A stretch of 64,000 nucleotides of DNA from an uncultured Planctomycetaceae bacterium (GTDB taxonomy: Bacteria > Planctomycetota > Planctomycetia > Planctomycetales > Planctomycetaceae), in assembly GCA_963813715.1 (NCBI GenBank), contig CAWFAK010000007.1, positions 416,001 to 480,000 on the forward strand, read 5' to 3'. This document shows, in pieces, positions 23,488 through 35,516 of this stretch. Numbering within the stretch: position 1 is the first letter of the stretch; the number at the start of each line of letters is the position of its first letter. Under the pieces are notes generated by a model. The model did no database searches. It saw nothing but the letters and a program-made list of their open reading frames with translations, and was not told the origin of the DNA. A program made the translations under genes and the position numbers.

Positions 23488-23851
23488 GCACCTCGACGCT
23501 CGGTGCGTGGACGGGCAGCAATGCGGACGCAACTGGCATCACGGGCAGTGAGGCGACCTACACGTGGGGCGGCGCCGCGAAACGGAGCACCACGGCCGCC
23601 GCCGCCAGAATTGCGGCCGTGTAATTCTGGCCGAAGCTATCTGCCCCAAGTTCGCGGGCTCTCCAGGAATCCCCGGTCGACTCGTGTCCGGCCGGGGTTA
23701 GATTAGTGGAGCTGTTGGCGGGGACAACGTTAAATAGAACGGGGGCGTTCTGCACTCGGTCTCGCTGACCTGCGTGCAGGCGGCTGAAAACCTGTCAGTT
23801 TGAGCCGGTCGACCCTCATCCGCGTTATGGCGGTTGTCTGAGGCGTCTTCC

Positions 23852-25290
23852 ATGATCCCGGAACCTGAATCTGGCCAGCGACCGCGCCCGGTGCGACTCC
23901 CGCCGCGGGCCACACCCGGGGTGCGTCCGTCCCCCCTCCGCGGTGGCTCGTCAATCCGTTCAGCCTGTGCCGGAAGGGTTTGCGCCGAGTCGGCACCTTC
24001 GCCGGGGCTCGGCTGCGATCGTTCGCGGAAAACCCCCAGCCCTGGGTGTTCATCACCGGCGCCTGCGTCTGCGCGATGCTCACGTTCGTGGTGATCATGG
24101 TCAAAAACGCGAACGACGCGCGGCCCCACCCCGAGGTCGTGCAAGCCGACGCCGCGGAAACGCCTGACGACATTCCACGCGGGATCCCCGCTCGACCGCA
24201 AATCGCCATCATGCCGAAGCCGGCGGTGGTCGCCAAAACAGCACCCGCGAAAGAGACGACGCTTGGCGCGTTGGAGCGCCTGGCCAAGCCGGATTCGCAC
24301 AACGCCGAGGAGCCCAAAACACGGCTCAAAACGCTCCCCTCGGCTGAAGTCGAAGCCCTCAATGCCGGGCGGCGACCCGACGAGGCTCCGCGGGACGGTC
24401 GGCCCCAAGCTCACGAGCCTGTCGACGGCAATTCGCCCGGCGGTCCAAATCCCGCGCTGGCCCGCCGCGACCACGCGGGCGCGCAATTCGTGCTCGGAGT
24501 GCAAAACCCCGGTCGCGCCGCGGCAAATCCAAATGCGGCGAATCCCATCGAGAACGGACAGGATGACTTCAGCCAGGATCCACTCACGGGTGTCTGGTTC
24601 ACTCCGAGCGGCCGCTGGCAGATTCGCGGACAAGAGTCGTATCGACTGCCGATCGAAGGAAAAGAAGTCACCCGCGCCCGGTTCAACTTGCGGGCCACCG
24701 GGATCACCCAGATTATCGAGCTGCAGTGGTGGAATCCGCGCAACGTCCACGAGAAGCGTTGGACCGGCAAAGTCGCCAAGCTGCACTTCCTGGCCGTCAT
24801 GCGGGACGCCCAACTGCACCAGGCAGCCGAGCACGTCCGCGTCGTCCAGACGCGGGCCTCGAATTCGGACGGCGCGCTTCTCGTGGAGGTCGATGCCCTG
24901 TTCTATTCGCCGGGCTGGAATCTCGTCGCGAACTCGATCGAGGAAAAGCCGGCCTGGTTTCACGGCAACGAGTTCAGCATCAAGCGGGGCGACGGCGGCC
25001 GATTGCCCGTCGAGGGGCGAGAAATCGAAGTCGTGCGAAAAGCGCTTGCCGCCGAAGAGGACCAGGCCCGCATCCGCGAGGTCAAGTGGTGGCCGCCGCG
25101 CGCGAGTCGCGACAACAACGGCCACCGCGTGAGCAAGCTGCGCTACGAATTGATCCGGGGCGGAGACGTGCAGGTCGACGAAATCGTTTACGATCACAAC
25201 GAGCGGAAGATCAGCTATGCGCCGCGGGCCGTCAATCTCTTCCCCGAATCTGAACGGCGGGCCACCAAGCTCGACCAGGCCCCCAAATAG
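23852..25290 (+). CDS. Hypothetical membrane-anchored protein, probable frameshift near 23975
   Basis: Long ORF with one TM (PWVFITGACVCAMLTFVVIMV), Pro-rich linker, globular C-terminus; host-like codon use. Confidence 0.6.
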
Positions 25291-25309
25291 GCCGACGTTC
25301 TCGCGCCCG

Positions 25310-26684
25310 GCACTCCTCACGCGGGGTCCGCGCAATCTCGCCCGCAGTGTCGCTCACGTCCGCCTCGCTTCGCTCGCGCTGTTCCTGATTTTGTCAGAAT
25401 GGTCGTTGGGGTTCGCGCAGACGAACGGAGTCGGCAACTTCGCGACGGTCGCACTCGACCCGATCCGGCGCAGCGAGTGCCCGGCTGGCGGTCGACGTCG
25501 TGAAACTCAAGTCGGGTCAAACGCTCCGCGGCACCGTCGCCCGTGTAGAGGCCGATGGCTCGATTACGTTGGCGCTCGAGCGCGAATGGCTCCGCAAGGC
25601 GAATCCCGCTCTGTTGGCAACGACCGAAGCGGAGGAAGCGCCGCACGCGGACCGCCGCGCTCGAGCAACTCCGTGATCGCCTCCAGCACGAACTGACCAA
25701 AACTCCCGCCGAGTCGGGGCTGGCGACCTTTTTGCGTGTCGAGCAAAAGCGAATCGCCGGGCTGCTCGCAAATGCCGCAGCCGGCTCGCGCGAATCCGCA
25801 CCGCCTCAATCCGGATCGACCCATTCCACCCGGCCGCAGTTCGTGTTCGTCGAACTGCCGAAAAAGAAAATCGCGCGGATCACTCCTGCCAGCATTGCGC
25901 ACAAACAGATCGCCGGGTGGAGCTGGTACGAACGACTCCCCCATGTCGAATCGCGGGATGCCGAGGAGCTGGCTCGCGAACTGCAGCACCGGCACATCGA
26001 TCCGACGCAGTCGCTGCCCGACATGTCCGATCGCTTGCCCCTGCGGCTGCAGGACGAACGCGAGTGGTCCGCCCGGATCGCGATTGTCTCCTCCGCGCTC
26101 GGCAAGCCGCTCGAATTTCAGGGCACGGGCGACTTGCTGGTCCGGGCCGACCACGCCAAGAACGCCGACGACCTGGCTCCCCTCATCGCCAAGATATTCG
26201 GCGGCCAGGTCGACTCGCTCTTCAAGGACCTGCTCAACGAGGGACACCCCACGGCCGCGACTCCGCAATCCTCCAACGCCTGGCTCGAGCCGGCAATCCG
26301 CGAGGCCGAAAAAGACAAGGCCCGGGCCTTCCGGGCCACGCGGGTCGATCTGAGCCTCGAACGGCACCAGGCGACCGTGAATTCGGTCTTCGTCGTGCAA
26401 CTTGCGAATGGAAAATGGGAAACGATCTGGTCCGACCGCGCCGTCGAAGACGGTTCCCAAGCCCGCCCGCGGCAGAAGCCAACATCACTGCCGATCCCCA
26501 GATCAAGTCGGCCCTCTCGCTGCTCAAATCGCTGGGAGCCGGCGGCGACGACCAGGTCGGCGCAGCCATCCGCATGGGCGCCGCGACCATGGCCGCCCAA
26601 CAAACGGTCAACAACCACTTCGCCACGTTCGAGACGCCGTTCCTCCGCCAACTCGACGGCCCACCCCTCTCGTGGGGACAGTAA
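25310..26684 (+). CDS. Hypothetical exported protein, several frameshifts; start uncertain
   Basis: Signal-like LASLALFLILSEWSLGFAQ, then VDVVKLKSGQTLRG.., ORF 25555 core, C-terminus in ORF ending 26684. Confidence 0.45.
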
Positions 26685-26721
26685 CGCGGCTACTCATCGC
26701 AGTGACCCGCTTGCCGCGAGC

Positions 26722-27273
26722 TCAGCCGGCCAAGCGTTTTTTCACGATCGCCAGGTGATGCTCGACGTGGCCCGCCATCACGTAAGCGAGCGCCCGGCAC
26801 GTGGCGGGGTGGTCGATGATGGTGCCGCGCCATTGCCAGGCCGCGGGCGGCAGATGTCGCAACAAAAGGAGATGGCCGCGGCGAACGAAGGTGAACTCTT
26901 CGAGCAACTCGGCCAGCGGACGCGAGTTGAAGTCGGCGGCCTGCATGAACTGGTGCTCGTCGAAGCCGGGAAGCGGAGTCGCATCCTGCCGCGCCAGTCG
27001 CAGCGCGCGATAGCCGAACACGCGTTCGGAATCGGTGAGATGGCCGAGCACCTGCTTCAGGGTCCAGGTGTAAGGAGCATGGAGGGCCATTGCCTGAGAC
27101 TCGTTCACCGGCTGCAGCACGGCCTGCACGCGGGACAGTTGCTCGCCCAGGATCTGGACGATGTCCCCCGCGGGCACCAGGCCGATATAGCGATCGAAGA
27201 CGGGAGCGTATTCGCCGGCAACCGGGCGGGCGGAACCTACGGCGTCGGTAGTCGACGGGGCCGGGTGCGTCAT
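26722..27273 (-). CDS. DinB family protein
   Basis: WTLKQVLGHLTDSERVF..LPGFDEH..AGHVEHHL. Confidence 0.9.
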   Translation of the reverse strand: MTHPAPSTTDAVGSARPVAGEYAPVFDRYIGLVPAGDIVQILGEQLSRVQAVLQPVNESQAMALHAPYTWTLKQVLGHLTDSERVFGYRALRLARQDATPLPGFDEHQFMQAADFNSRPLAELLEEFTFVRRGHLLLLRHLPPAAWQWRGTIIDHPATCRALAYVMAGHVEHHLAIVKKRLAG

Positions 27274-27363
27274 GTCCTGGGACTCGCTTCAAAGCGCGTG
27301 ACAAGTGTTAAAATGATAGCCGAGGGTACGCCGATCATATCGCCGAGGGAAGCGGATCGCGCC

Positions 27364-28841
27364 ATGCAAAATTTTGTCTGCCGGAGCCTGTGCGCGATGG
27401 CTCTGGTCCTCGCCGCCGGGCTCCTGCCCGATCCGCCGCCCCGCACCGATTTCGACGGTCCCGCTGGCAGGCTGGCTGACGAAGGCGCGGCCGCGCGGGC
27501 CAAACGTCTGCAGGCGCAAGCCTATGCCGATGATTTCAACCAGCTCGTCGTGGGGGACAACGGCCCCGACGCGGCGTTGGCCGCGCGCACCCGGCTCGAG
27601 CGCCTGCTCGCGTCGCGCGTGGCCACGCTGGATCGACATTACCGGCTGAGCCGCCTGCAAAAGCAAAAGCTCAAGCTGGCCGGGCAAGGCGACATTCGAC
27701 GGCTCGAGGACGAGATCGCGCCAGCGCGAAAAGTTCGTGGCCACTCGTCTCGAGGGCGTCGACGCGGACGTCCGCGCGGCCTTCGGTGAAGCAGCCGCAC
27801 TGCGACAGTCCCTGAAAACGGGCCCGTTCGGGAAGGGATCGCTGTTCGCCAAGGCCTTCAACACGCTGCTGGAACCCGACCAGCTGGCCAATTCCGAACG
27901 TCGCCGGCAACTGGCCGCGAAATCGACCGTCAAAATCACCCTCGACAACGCGGCCACGTTGGAAACCGCGGCCAAGTTACAGGAAGAAGCCTTCCGGATC
28001 GGCTGGACGCATCGCGAAAACGAGATCGGCTTGTTGCCCTTCGGCAAAGCCGTTGACATTCGTTCGGCCGACAAACTCGAGCCATTGCGAAAAGTTGGCG
28101 AACAGCACCGGCTGGTGGGCTTTGATTTCAGCCAAGACGGCAACTTCGTCGCGCTCACGGACAATTCGACCAAGGCCTTTCTGCTCAACCTGGCCACCGG
28201 CCACGAAATCACCCTGGACACCAACTCCCAGCAGCCTTGCGGCGAGTTTCAGCCCGGACGGCAAACTGGTCGCCACCGGCGGCTATGGAATCCGGGCCGT
28301 CCTGTGGTCGGCCGACAGCGGCAAGCGGATTCGGGACCTCGACGTCGGCCCGCAAATCGGAGGCTTGACGCCTGTGTTCAGTCCGGACGGCAAAACCCTC
28401 GCCGTTGGCAATCGCAATGGGCGGACCTGCTTGTTCGACGTCGCAACCGGACGGCTGCGACACAAGCTCAGTTTGGAATCCACTCAGGAAGTTAGGTTCG
28501 ATCCGTCCGGCAAGCGGCTGGCAGCGACGTACGTCGACGGCAACCTGGCCGTCTGGAACGTCGAAACGGGCGAGTTGATGCAGCGGACCAAGGCGAGAGC
28601 CGAAGAACTCTACTCGCTCGACTGGTCGCCCGACGGAAAAATCATCGCCACCAGCGGTCGCAACGCACCGGTCACGCTCTGGCGTGCCGCCGACCTGACC
28701 TCGCTGGTCGATATCGACGCGCCCGAGTGGGTCGTCTGCGTGCGGTTCAATCCGGCAGGCACACGGCTGGTCTTCGCCGGAGGGTCGGCGATCATGGGCG
28801 GGCCGCGCTACGTGGAAATGTTAGGCGTGCCGCAGGAATGA
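27364..28841 (+). CDS. Exported protein with helical N-domain and WD40 beta-propeller, frameshifts
   Basis: FSPDGK, WSPDGK, FDPSGKRLA repeats; paralog of 43201..44667. Confidence 0.8.
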
Positions 28842-29527
28842 CACGGGTGACTGACTTCGGCGTGCTCGATAATCCGATCTGGTTTTCCGCGCAGACCGCA
28901 CATCGCTCCTTGGTGCGGATCAACGGCCGAGCTTGCCGGTACGCGGACGACGTCTCTCCGTTTGCCGCCGTCGAGACTGCGACGCAGGCCGCCTTCGACG
29001 ACCTGGCCGCTCTCGTCGCTCCCCAAGAACGGAATGGGGTTTTGCACAGCCGACCCGATCAGTGTGCCGCCCGGGTGGCAGGTCGCGCGGTTGATGCCGC
29101 TGACACAGATGGTCTGCACCGAGCAGCGACACGCGGCGGCGGCCTCGTTCCTGACGTTGGGCGAGCGCGATGTCTCCGAGATGCTGGCACTCACCGCGGC
29201 GACCGAGCCGGGACCGTTCCTTCCCGCAACCATCCGCATGGGACGTTATTTCGGCGTGAGGGAAGCTGGGCGATTGATCGCCATGGCCGGCGAGCGACTG
29301 CAGCCGGACGGCCTGACCGAAATCAGCGCCGTCTGCACCGATCCCGATTTTCGAGGCCGCGGATATGCGCGGCGCTCGTCCGCTATCTGCTCCAGCTCAT
29401 CTTCGCGGACAGCCGCACGCCGTTTCTGCACGTTAAGCCTGAGAACGAGGCGGCAATCAAACTCTACGAGGCGCTCGGCTTCACGATCCGCCGCACGATG
29501 CAACTGACGCTCCTCGCCCGCGAGTGA
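28838..29527 (+). CDS. GNAT acetyltransferase (FR47-like), frameshifts
   Basis: LDNPIW, TEPGPF, MAGERL, EISAVCTDPDFRGRG, PFLHV..N..AIKLYEALGF. Confidence 0.88.
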   Translation: MTRVTDFGVLDNPIWFSAQTAHRSLVRINGRACRYADDVSPFAAVETATQAAFDDLAALVAPQERNGVLHSRPDQCAARVAGRAVDAADTDGLHRAATRGGGLVPDVGRARCLRDAGTHRGDRAGTVPSRNHPHGTLFRREGSWAIDRHGRRATAAGRPDRNQRRLHRSRFSRPRICAALVRYLLQLIFADSRTPFLHVKPENEAAIKLYEALGFTIRRTMQLTLLARE

Positions 29528-29559
29528 CGCCAACGTCGGCGAGTCGTCAGGGCAACTCG

Positions 29560-30099
29560 TCATTGCTCGACCTGGCCGAAGACGCGCTCGAGCAACCCGC
29601 GCACGCCCTTGATCGCGCGGCGGCAGCCGACGGCAATCTTCACATTCGCCAGATCATCCACGGTCGCCGTCATGCGGATCGTCACGTCGCAGCCGCCGGT
29701 GGCGGTGGGTACGACCACAATCTCCGTCTGCTCGGCCGACAATCCGCCGCGGACTGTTTCTACCAGGACTTCGCGATACTTACCCTGCTCAGCAGATCGT
29801 CGGACCCAAAAGACGTACTGTCCGTGCTCGTCGGTCCTCTCGAGCTTGACCAGATCCTCGCGCTGGGAGACCACGTTCACGCCGGCGGCACGCTCCACGT
29901 CTCCGGGATGGTGCTCGATCCATTCGCCGACTTTCGCGGGCGACACTTCCAGGTGAAAGCTGGTCTCCTGCTTGGCATAGCCGGCGACGGCCGATCGCGA
30001 CGCGAGCGCCAGAGCGGCGACGAGCAACCCGGAGCTCGCACGGCGTCCGGCCCTCTCAGCCAACAACCATCCGTGCCGTGAAAACGCGTGCAGCGACAA
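29560..30099 (-). CDS. Hypothetical exported protein, possible SRPBCC/START-like fold; start uncertain
   Basis: Signal-like LLVAALALASRSAVAG; beta-rich core, GGCDVTIRMTA and C-terminal helix. Confidence 0.45.
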   Translation of the reverse strand: MSLHAFSRHGWLLAERAGRRASSGLLVAALALASRSAVAGYAKQETSFHLEVSPAKVGEWIEHHPGDVERAAGVNVVSQREDLVKLERTDEHGQYVFWVRRSAEQGKYREVLVETVRGGLSAEQTEIVVVPTATGGCDVTIRMTATVDDLANVKIAVGCRRAIKGVRGLLERVFGQVEQ

Positions 30100-30227
30100 T
30101 CCGTCCAAGAGACACTCCGGTCTTCCGTCCGACTCCGTCAACGCGGCCACAGGGCGACCGGCAATGGAGTCTGCGCTTCCCTCGAAACACTTCAAACGCG
30201 AGAAATCGGACGCAAAATTCGCGCCGA

Positions 30228-31035
30228 CTACGGCGCGGCCGTTCCTTCGCGCGAGATCATGTCGATCAGCGTGCTGGCCGATTCGACCGACCCAGAAACT
30301 GTCGATCTCGGGAACAGAATCTTGGGCAGACTCCCGCTCCCGATGCGTTCGTACAGCTCGACGTGCTTGGCGATGTAATTGCCGGCGTGCGGCAGGGCCA
30401 GTTCTTCCTGCAGGGCCTTCTCGCCGACCAGCTCGGCCGCATGCTGCCGGGCCTCGGCCGCCGTCCGCGCCTGCTCGAAGAGCCAGGAGTGAAACGGCGG
30501 GAATTGCCGGCGGCTGCAACGCCAGACGGCAACGGCGATCTTGGCGATTTCGCACGCCTCCGCATGCTCCGGGGCCGTGTAGCCAACGGTGCGGTTGCAG
30601 GCCGAATCGAGCGGGACCGGCAGCGCGATGATCGCCAGATCGTCGCCGAAGTGCTCAATCGCCCCCCGCACGGCCTGGTGCGTGGCCCGGCAATAGGGGC
30701 ACGTGTAATCGAACATCTCGACGAAGACGTATTTGGCGTCCGGCTTGCCCAACAAAGGCCAGTGCCGAATGTCGAGCGAGATCTGGCCGCCGCCGACGGT
30801 GACGATCCGCCGCTTTTTGGCCGCCGTTTTTGCCTCGGGCGCCTTCTTCACGTCTTTGTCCGCCGCAGCTTTTCGACGCGGTTTTCGCGGCGGGCGTTTT
30901 TGTCGTTGGCGGTTGCCCGGCGCCTCCGCCGGCGTCTTGAGAGTTAGGACCGGCCCAGGCCGCCGTGCCCGCGAAGGCACAGACCGCCAGACCCAGGAGC
31001 GAAAGTGTCGCCAGTCGCGCGATTCGCAGGGGCAT
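30228..31035 (-). CDS. DsbA/thioredoxin-fold protein, frameshift in linker
   Basis: Signal peptide (ORF 30655..31035), PLLGKPDA..EMFDYTCPYC, GSLP cis-Pro. Confidence 0.85.
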
Positions 31036-31063
31036 CAGAATTCTCGAATTTCATTCTCGAATT

Positions 31064-31835
31064 TTACTGATCGCCGGCATCGTTGGGGATGCCGGAGGGA
31101 GGTTCGACAACATCGGGAGTGTGCGCTTTGGCAGGCGTCTTTGCGCCCGGCGCCGGCTTTGCGCCGGCCGTCAGCGGATCCTCGGTGATCGCGGTGTTAG
31201 CCCGGGCGTCGGTCTCAAAGTGCTGGACCGTGTAGGTTGGCGGCGGTGTCGAAAGGGCCTGTGTGCCGATCAACAGACTGACGCCGAGCACGCTAATCGC
31301 GGCCAATCGCACCGTCGCACGGCCGCCCAGCGGTCGCTTCCACAACACGAGCGCACAGAGGACAAGCCCGCACGAGTGAGCGGCCAGGCAATAGACGCAC
31401 AGGTGACCCGAGCGCGAAGACCTGCAGGCCGATGAACCAGATCGCGGCCAGCCCGGCTGCGATCGCGGACACCGTGACAACGCTCCAAGCCGCCCGCAAC
31501 CGGGAGTTGGTCGCCGTCGAGCGGCAGAAGGCCAGTGAGGTCAAAACGAGCGCGTAGAGTACGAAGGCCGGCACGCTCACCGGCGTGTTGAGAACTTTGG
31601 CCCAGCGGCTATGCAGGGCAAGTCCGCAATCCCAAACGTCTCCGCCGCTGCAGCCCGCCACTTCGCCGGCTCGCAGGGCGATGATGGCGAGATAGCCGGT
31701 CACGCCAAGCGCGGCACAGGCGATCAGGCGGAGCGACCAGGTAAACGACCGCGGGAGCCGCGGTCCATTTCCGCCAGCCGGAAAGGCGGTCGCGAGAGGC
31801 GACCGATGCTTAAATGACTCGAACGTCGCGGTCAT
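31064..31835 (-). CDS. Vitamin K epoxide reductase (VKOR) family protein, frameshift near 31410
   Basis: GCSGGDVWDC..HSRWAKVLNTPVS and LCVYCLAAH motifs, multiple TM. Confidence 0.85.
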
Positions 31836-32196
31836 AACCCACCTGGCAACCAGGTCGGCGTCCAGGCACAGTCCCCGGCAGTCATCCGGCTGCCGCACAG
31901 GTCCCCATTATTATTTTTCGCGCGGGTGGTTAAAGGGAATCCGCTATCTGGAAATCGTTTCCACTTCGAGGATTTTTGTTTGCGACCGTAGCCCCTGCCC
32001 AACCCACCCAGTCGGCTCGGCTTCGGCGCCCGAGACGGCCGGGTGGCAATGCTCGGGCTCTCCAAAAGCGCCCCTGACTCCTGGAAAACGAGGGAAAGCC
32101 CGCTCTTGCCGGCTAAAACGGCGCAGAGAAGGCGAAGGAAACACTGGCAGTCCGGCGAAATCCGCCCGGTGTCAGTACGCCGAGCGTCCGTACGCC

Positions 32197-32517
32197 TCAG
32201 CGGCCATAGGTCTTATTGTACGGCGCGTCGCGATCGAGGGTTTCCTCTTCCAGCGAGCCCTGCGGGCCGGACTGACCAACGCGGCTGCGCTCGCCGCGAT
32301 AGTGTTCGATTGGCGCTCGCCGTTCGCCCACCTCGGGCTGCCGACGCCCGGCATTTTCTTGGCGCCGGCCGACGGTGTCGTCGCGGTGCTCCATTTCATC
32401 ATCCCGGCGCTTCGCGGCCGGACGCTTCGCCTGTTTTGCACGGGTGGTCGATCGTGTTTTTGTCGATCGTGTTTTTGCTGCCTGCTTGGGTTTCGCAGTC
32501 GTTCGTTTCTTGGCCAT
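32197..32517 (-). CDS. Small protein with Lys/Arg/Thr-rich N-terminus
   Basis: AGGAGG RBS, MAKKRTTAKPKQAAKTRSTKTRSTTRAK..; 15-bp duplication encodes KTRST x2. Confidence 0.7.
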   Translation of the reverse strand: MAKKRTTAKPKQAAKTRSTKTRSTTRAKQAKRPAAKRRDDEMEHRDDTVGRRQENAGRRQPEVGERRAPIEHYRGERSRVGQSGPQGSLEEETLDRDAPYNKTYGR

Positions 32518-32664
32518 TGCGGTAACCTCCTTCATCCTGTCTTTTGCCCTACGCCGAATCAGCCGGTCGGGAAATTGCACCTGGGGGAGATGCAATTCTT
32601 GTACCTTCGACGACACGGAGACGCGTCAGCGGCAGACAGCGTTTGCATCAGAGAGGGCCGCTCG

Positions 32665-35302
32665 CTACGCAGGAACGATTTCCGAAAGCAGCTTGTTGAG
32701 TGCGGCCGGCTCGACGGGCTTGGTGAGATGGTGGTCAAAGCCGGCCTCCGAGGCGAGCTGTTTGTCCTTCTCCTGTCCCCAACCGGTGAGCGCGATGATC
32801 GTCACCTTGGCTTCGCTCGGGCGTTCGCGGATGCGTCGGGCTGCTTCGTAGCCGTTCATCTTCGGCAGGCCGATATCGAGCAGCACGACCTGCGGATGAA
32901 ACACGCCGGCCGCCTGCACAGCCTCCAAGCCGTCGTGCGCGAGTTGAATTTCGTGTCCCAAACGCGACAACAGCAGCCCGAGGCTTTGGGCCGAGTCGAC
33001 GTTGTCGTCGACGACCAGAATTCGATGCTTGGATCCGGCGACCGGTTTCTCCTCCGGTTGCGCGTCGGCAGGAGAGGCGGCCGGGCGAACGTCGAGCACG
33101 GGCAGGCGAACGATGAACTCGCTCCCCATGCCGGGACCGCTGCTGTGGGCCTCGATTGTGCCGTGGTGCAGCTCGGTCAGCCCGCGCACGAGAGCCAGTC
33201 CGATGCCCAGTCCGCCCTGCGACCGCTCAAGGGCCGGGCTCACCTGTGAAAACATCTCGAAGATGTGCGACAGATGCTCCGGAGCCAGCCCGATGCCGGT
33301 GTCCCGCACGGAGATCGCCACGCGGCCGTCGTTCCGCTCGGCGCTCAGCCAGATGTGGCCCCCCTTCTCCGTGTACTTGGCGGCATTGTTGAGCAAGTTC
33401 GAGATGATCTGGGACAGCCGCGTCGCGTCGGCGTTGAGGTCGACCGATTCGCGCGGCAGGTTGACTGTCAGTTCGTGGCCGGAGGCCTCGATCAGCGGGC
33501 GGGTGGCCTCGACCGCGCTGTGGACGGCCGTCGCCAGCTCGACCCGTTCGAAATGCAACTGCAGCTTGCCGTTGTTGACGCGGGAGATATCCAACAGGTC
33601 GTCGATCAACCGCACCATGTGACCCAGCTGCCGCTCCATGATCAGGCGGGCTTCTTCCATCACGTGGCGATCGCCGTCCGCCTGCCGCATCAGCTCGACG
33701 GCGTTGCGGACCGGCGCCAGCGGGTTTCTCAGCTCGTGCGCGAGGGTCGCCAGGAACTCGTCTTTGCGGCGGTCGGCCTGCTTGAGCGCCTCCTCGGCGT
33801 GCTTTTTCTCCGTGATGTCTTCGGCGATGCCCGCCTTGCGAAAGACGCGTCCCTTGTCGTCCTTGATCGGAAAGCCCCGGTCGCGGACCCAGCGGATCGA
33901 GCCATCCGCCATCACCAGCCGATACTCCTCGTCGGTCGATTCGCCGCGGGCGTGCCGCTCCAAGGCCGCCCGGCGGACGCGCTCGCGGTCGTCGGGGTGA
34001 ATCCGGTCGAGGAAGGAAAGCGGCCGCTCGTAGAGACTGCGACACGTTTGCCCCCAGACCCGCTCGTAAGCGGGACTGATGTAGACCATCTGCGTCACGT
34101 CGGGATCGGCCATCCAAAAGACCTCGTTGATGCTCTCGGCCATCTGGCGAAACCGCTCTTCGGACTCGGCGCGAACCTGTTCGGCGTGCAGTTGGTCGGT
34201 GATGTCGATGGCGATGCCGCCGACGAACGCCGGCCGCCCGTCGGGCCCGGGAATGGGAAACTTGCCGACGAGCGAATGGTGCACCCGCCCGTCCCGGTGC
34301 TGGAGCGTTTCGATGGCTTGCACGCCCGTCTGTGTGGCCAACGCCTTGCGGTCGTTCTCGGCAAATTGCCGGGCTTCGTCCGCGGGAAAGATGTCCGTGT
34401 CCTGCTGGCCATAGAGCGCGTCCCGCGGACGGTTGAAAGCGGCAACCGCGGCATCGTTGGCGAACACGTACCGCCCCTCGAGATCTTTGATCCAGGCCAG
34501 GCCGGGCAGAAACTGCATGAAGCGCGCGAATCGCTCTTCGCTGCGGCGGAGCGCCTCGTCCATCTTTCGCCGCTCGGTAATATCGAGCAGCACGCCCACC
34601 CAGCCATTCGGCACGCCCGACGGGTCCGAACGTCGGCTGATAGACTGCGTTCACCCACCGCGGCCCGATGCCGCGAATATCGACCACCTCTTCGTAGTGG
34701 ACCGTTTCGCCGGCGAAGACCCGCTCATAGTAGGGACGCAGCTGCTCGAAGGCTTCGCGGCCGGCAATCTCGACAATCGAGCGGCCCACGATTTGTTCGA
34801 CCGACTTCCCGATCCAGTCGGCGTAGGGCTTGCTCACCCACAGGTAGGTGAAATCGCGGCTGCAGTGGATGACGGGCGCGGACATGCTCTCCGTGACGAT
34901 CCGCAGCTGCTGCAGCGCCCGCTCCATCCGTTGCTGGCGGTCCTCGACCCGCCGCCAGGCCCGATGCCAGGCTTCGCAGAGCAGGCTGATCGCGACGCCG
35001 ACAAGGACGGAACCGAAAATCCGCAGCATGTCGCTCGTACTCGCGACACGAAAGCTCCAATATGGCCGCACGAGGAACAGGGCCGCCCAGCAAGCGCTGA
35101 GCGCAGTCGTGAGAAAACCGGGCTTCCACCCCCCAAGGGCGCCCGCCGCCAGCACCGCGCCCAGAAATGCCAACGACGCCCAAAACGAGCGGATGAAGCC
35201 CTCGGGCGCCAACCGGGCCGACACGACCAGCCCGCTGCCTAGCACGGCGACGAGATAGGCCAGCGCCGTGGCTCTGTTTGGTCGCTTGAAGAAGGGTTGC
35301 AT
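32665..35302 (-). CDS. Hybrid sensor histidine kinase (DUF4118-like TM, 3 PAS, HisKA, HATPase, REC), frameshift near 34620
   Basis: FLATLAHELRNPLAP, NNAAKYT, GGLGIGL, ILVVDDN..DIGLP. Confidence 0.92.
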
Positions 35303-35516
35303 CGCTCGGCCCTGTTCAGGCTGCCGGCGGGAACGCGCACGGATCGCGGATCCGGCCACGCGGGCAGCTTCGAACAGTATCCACTGTCGGGGCGGACTTC
35401 TCCACGGGCTGACAGGTTTGGCGCGAGGAGCCGCACGGGCCGTGCCGCAGACGGATGAAGTGCAGCCGACGGACAGAATGCAGCCGGCATTTGCCGGCCG
35501 CGATCGCCGCCGAGCA

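Noticed and set aside
25555..27789. Single 744-aa protein
   Set aside because: Chimeric read-through of a frameshifted hypothetical gene, the DinB antisense strand and the WD40 gene start
31949..31963. LacI-type operator-like palindrome TGGAAATCGTTTCCA upstream of VKOR
   Set aside because: Single imperfect site with no cognate regulator nearby; cannot be supported
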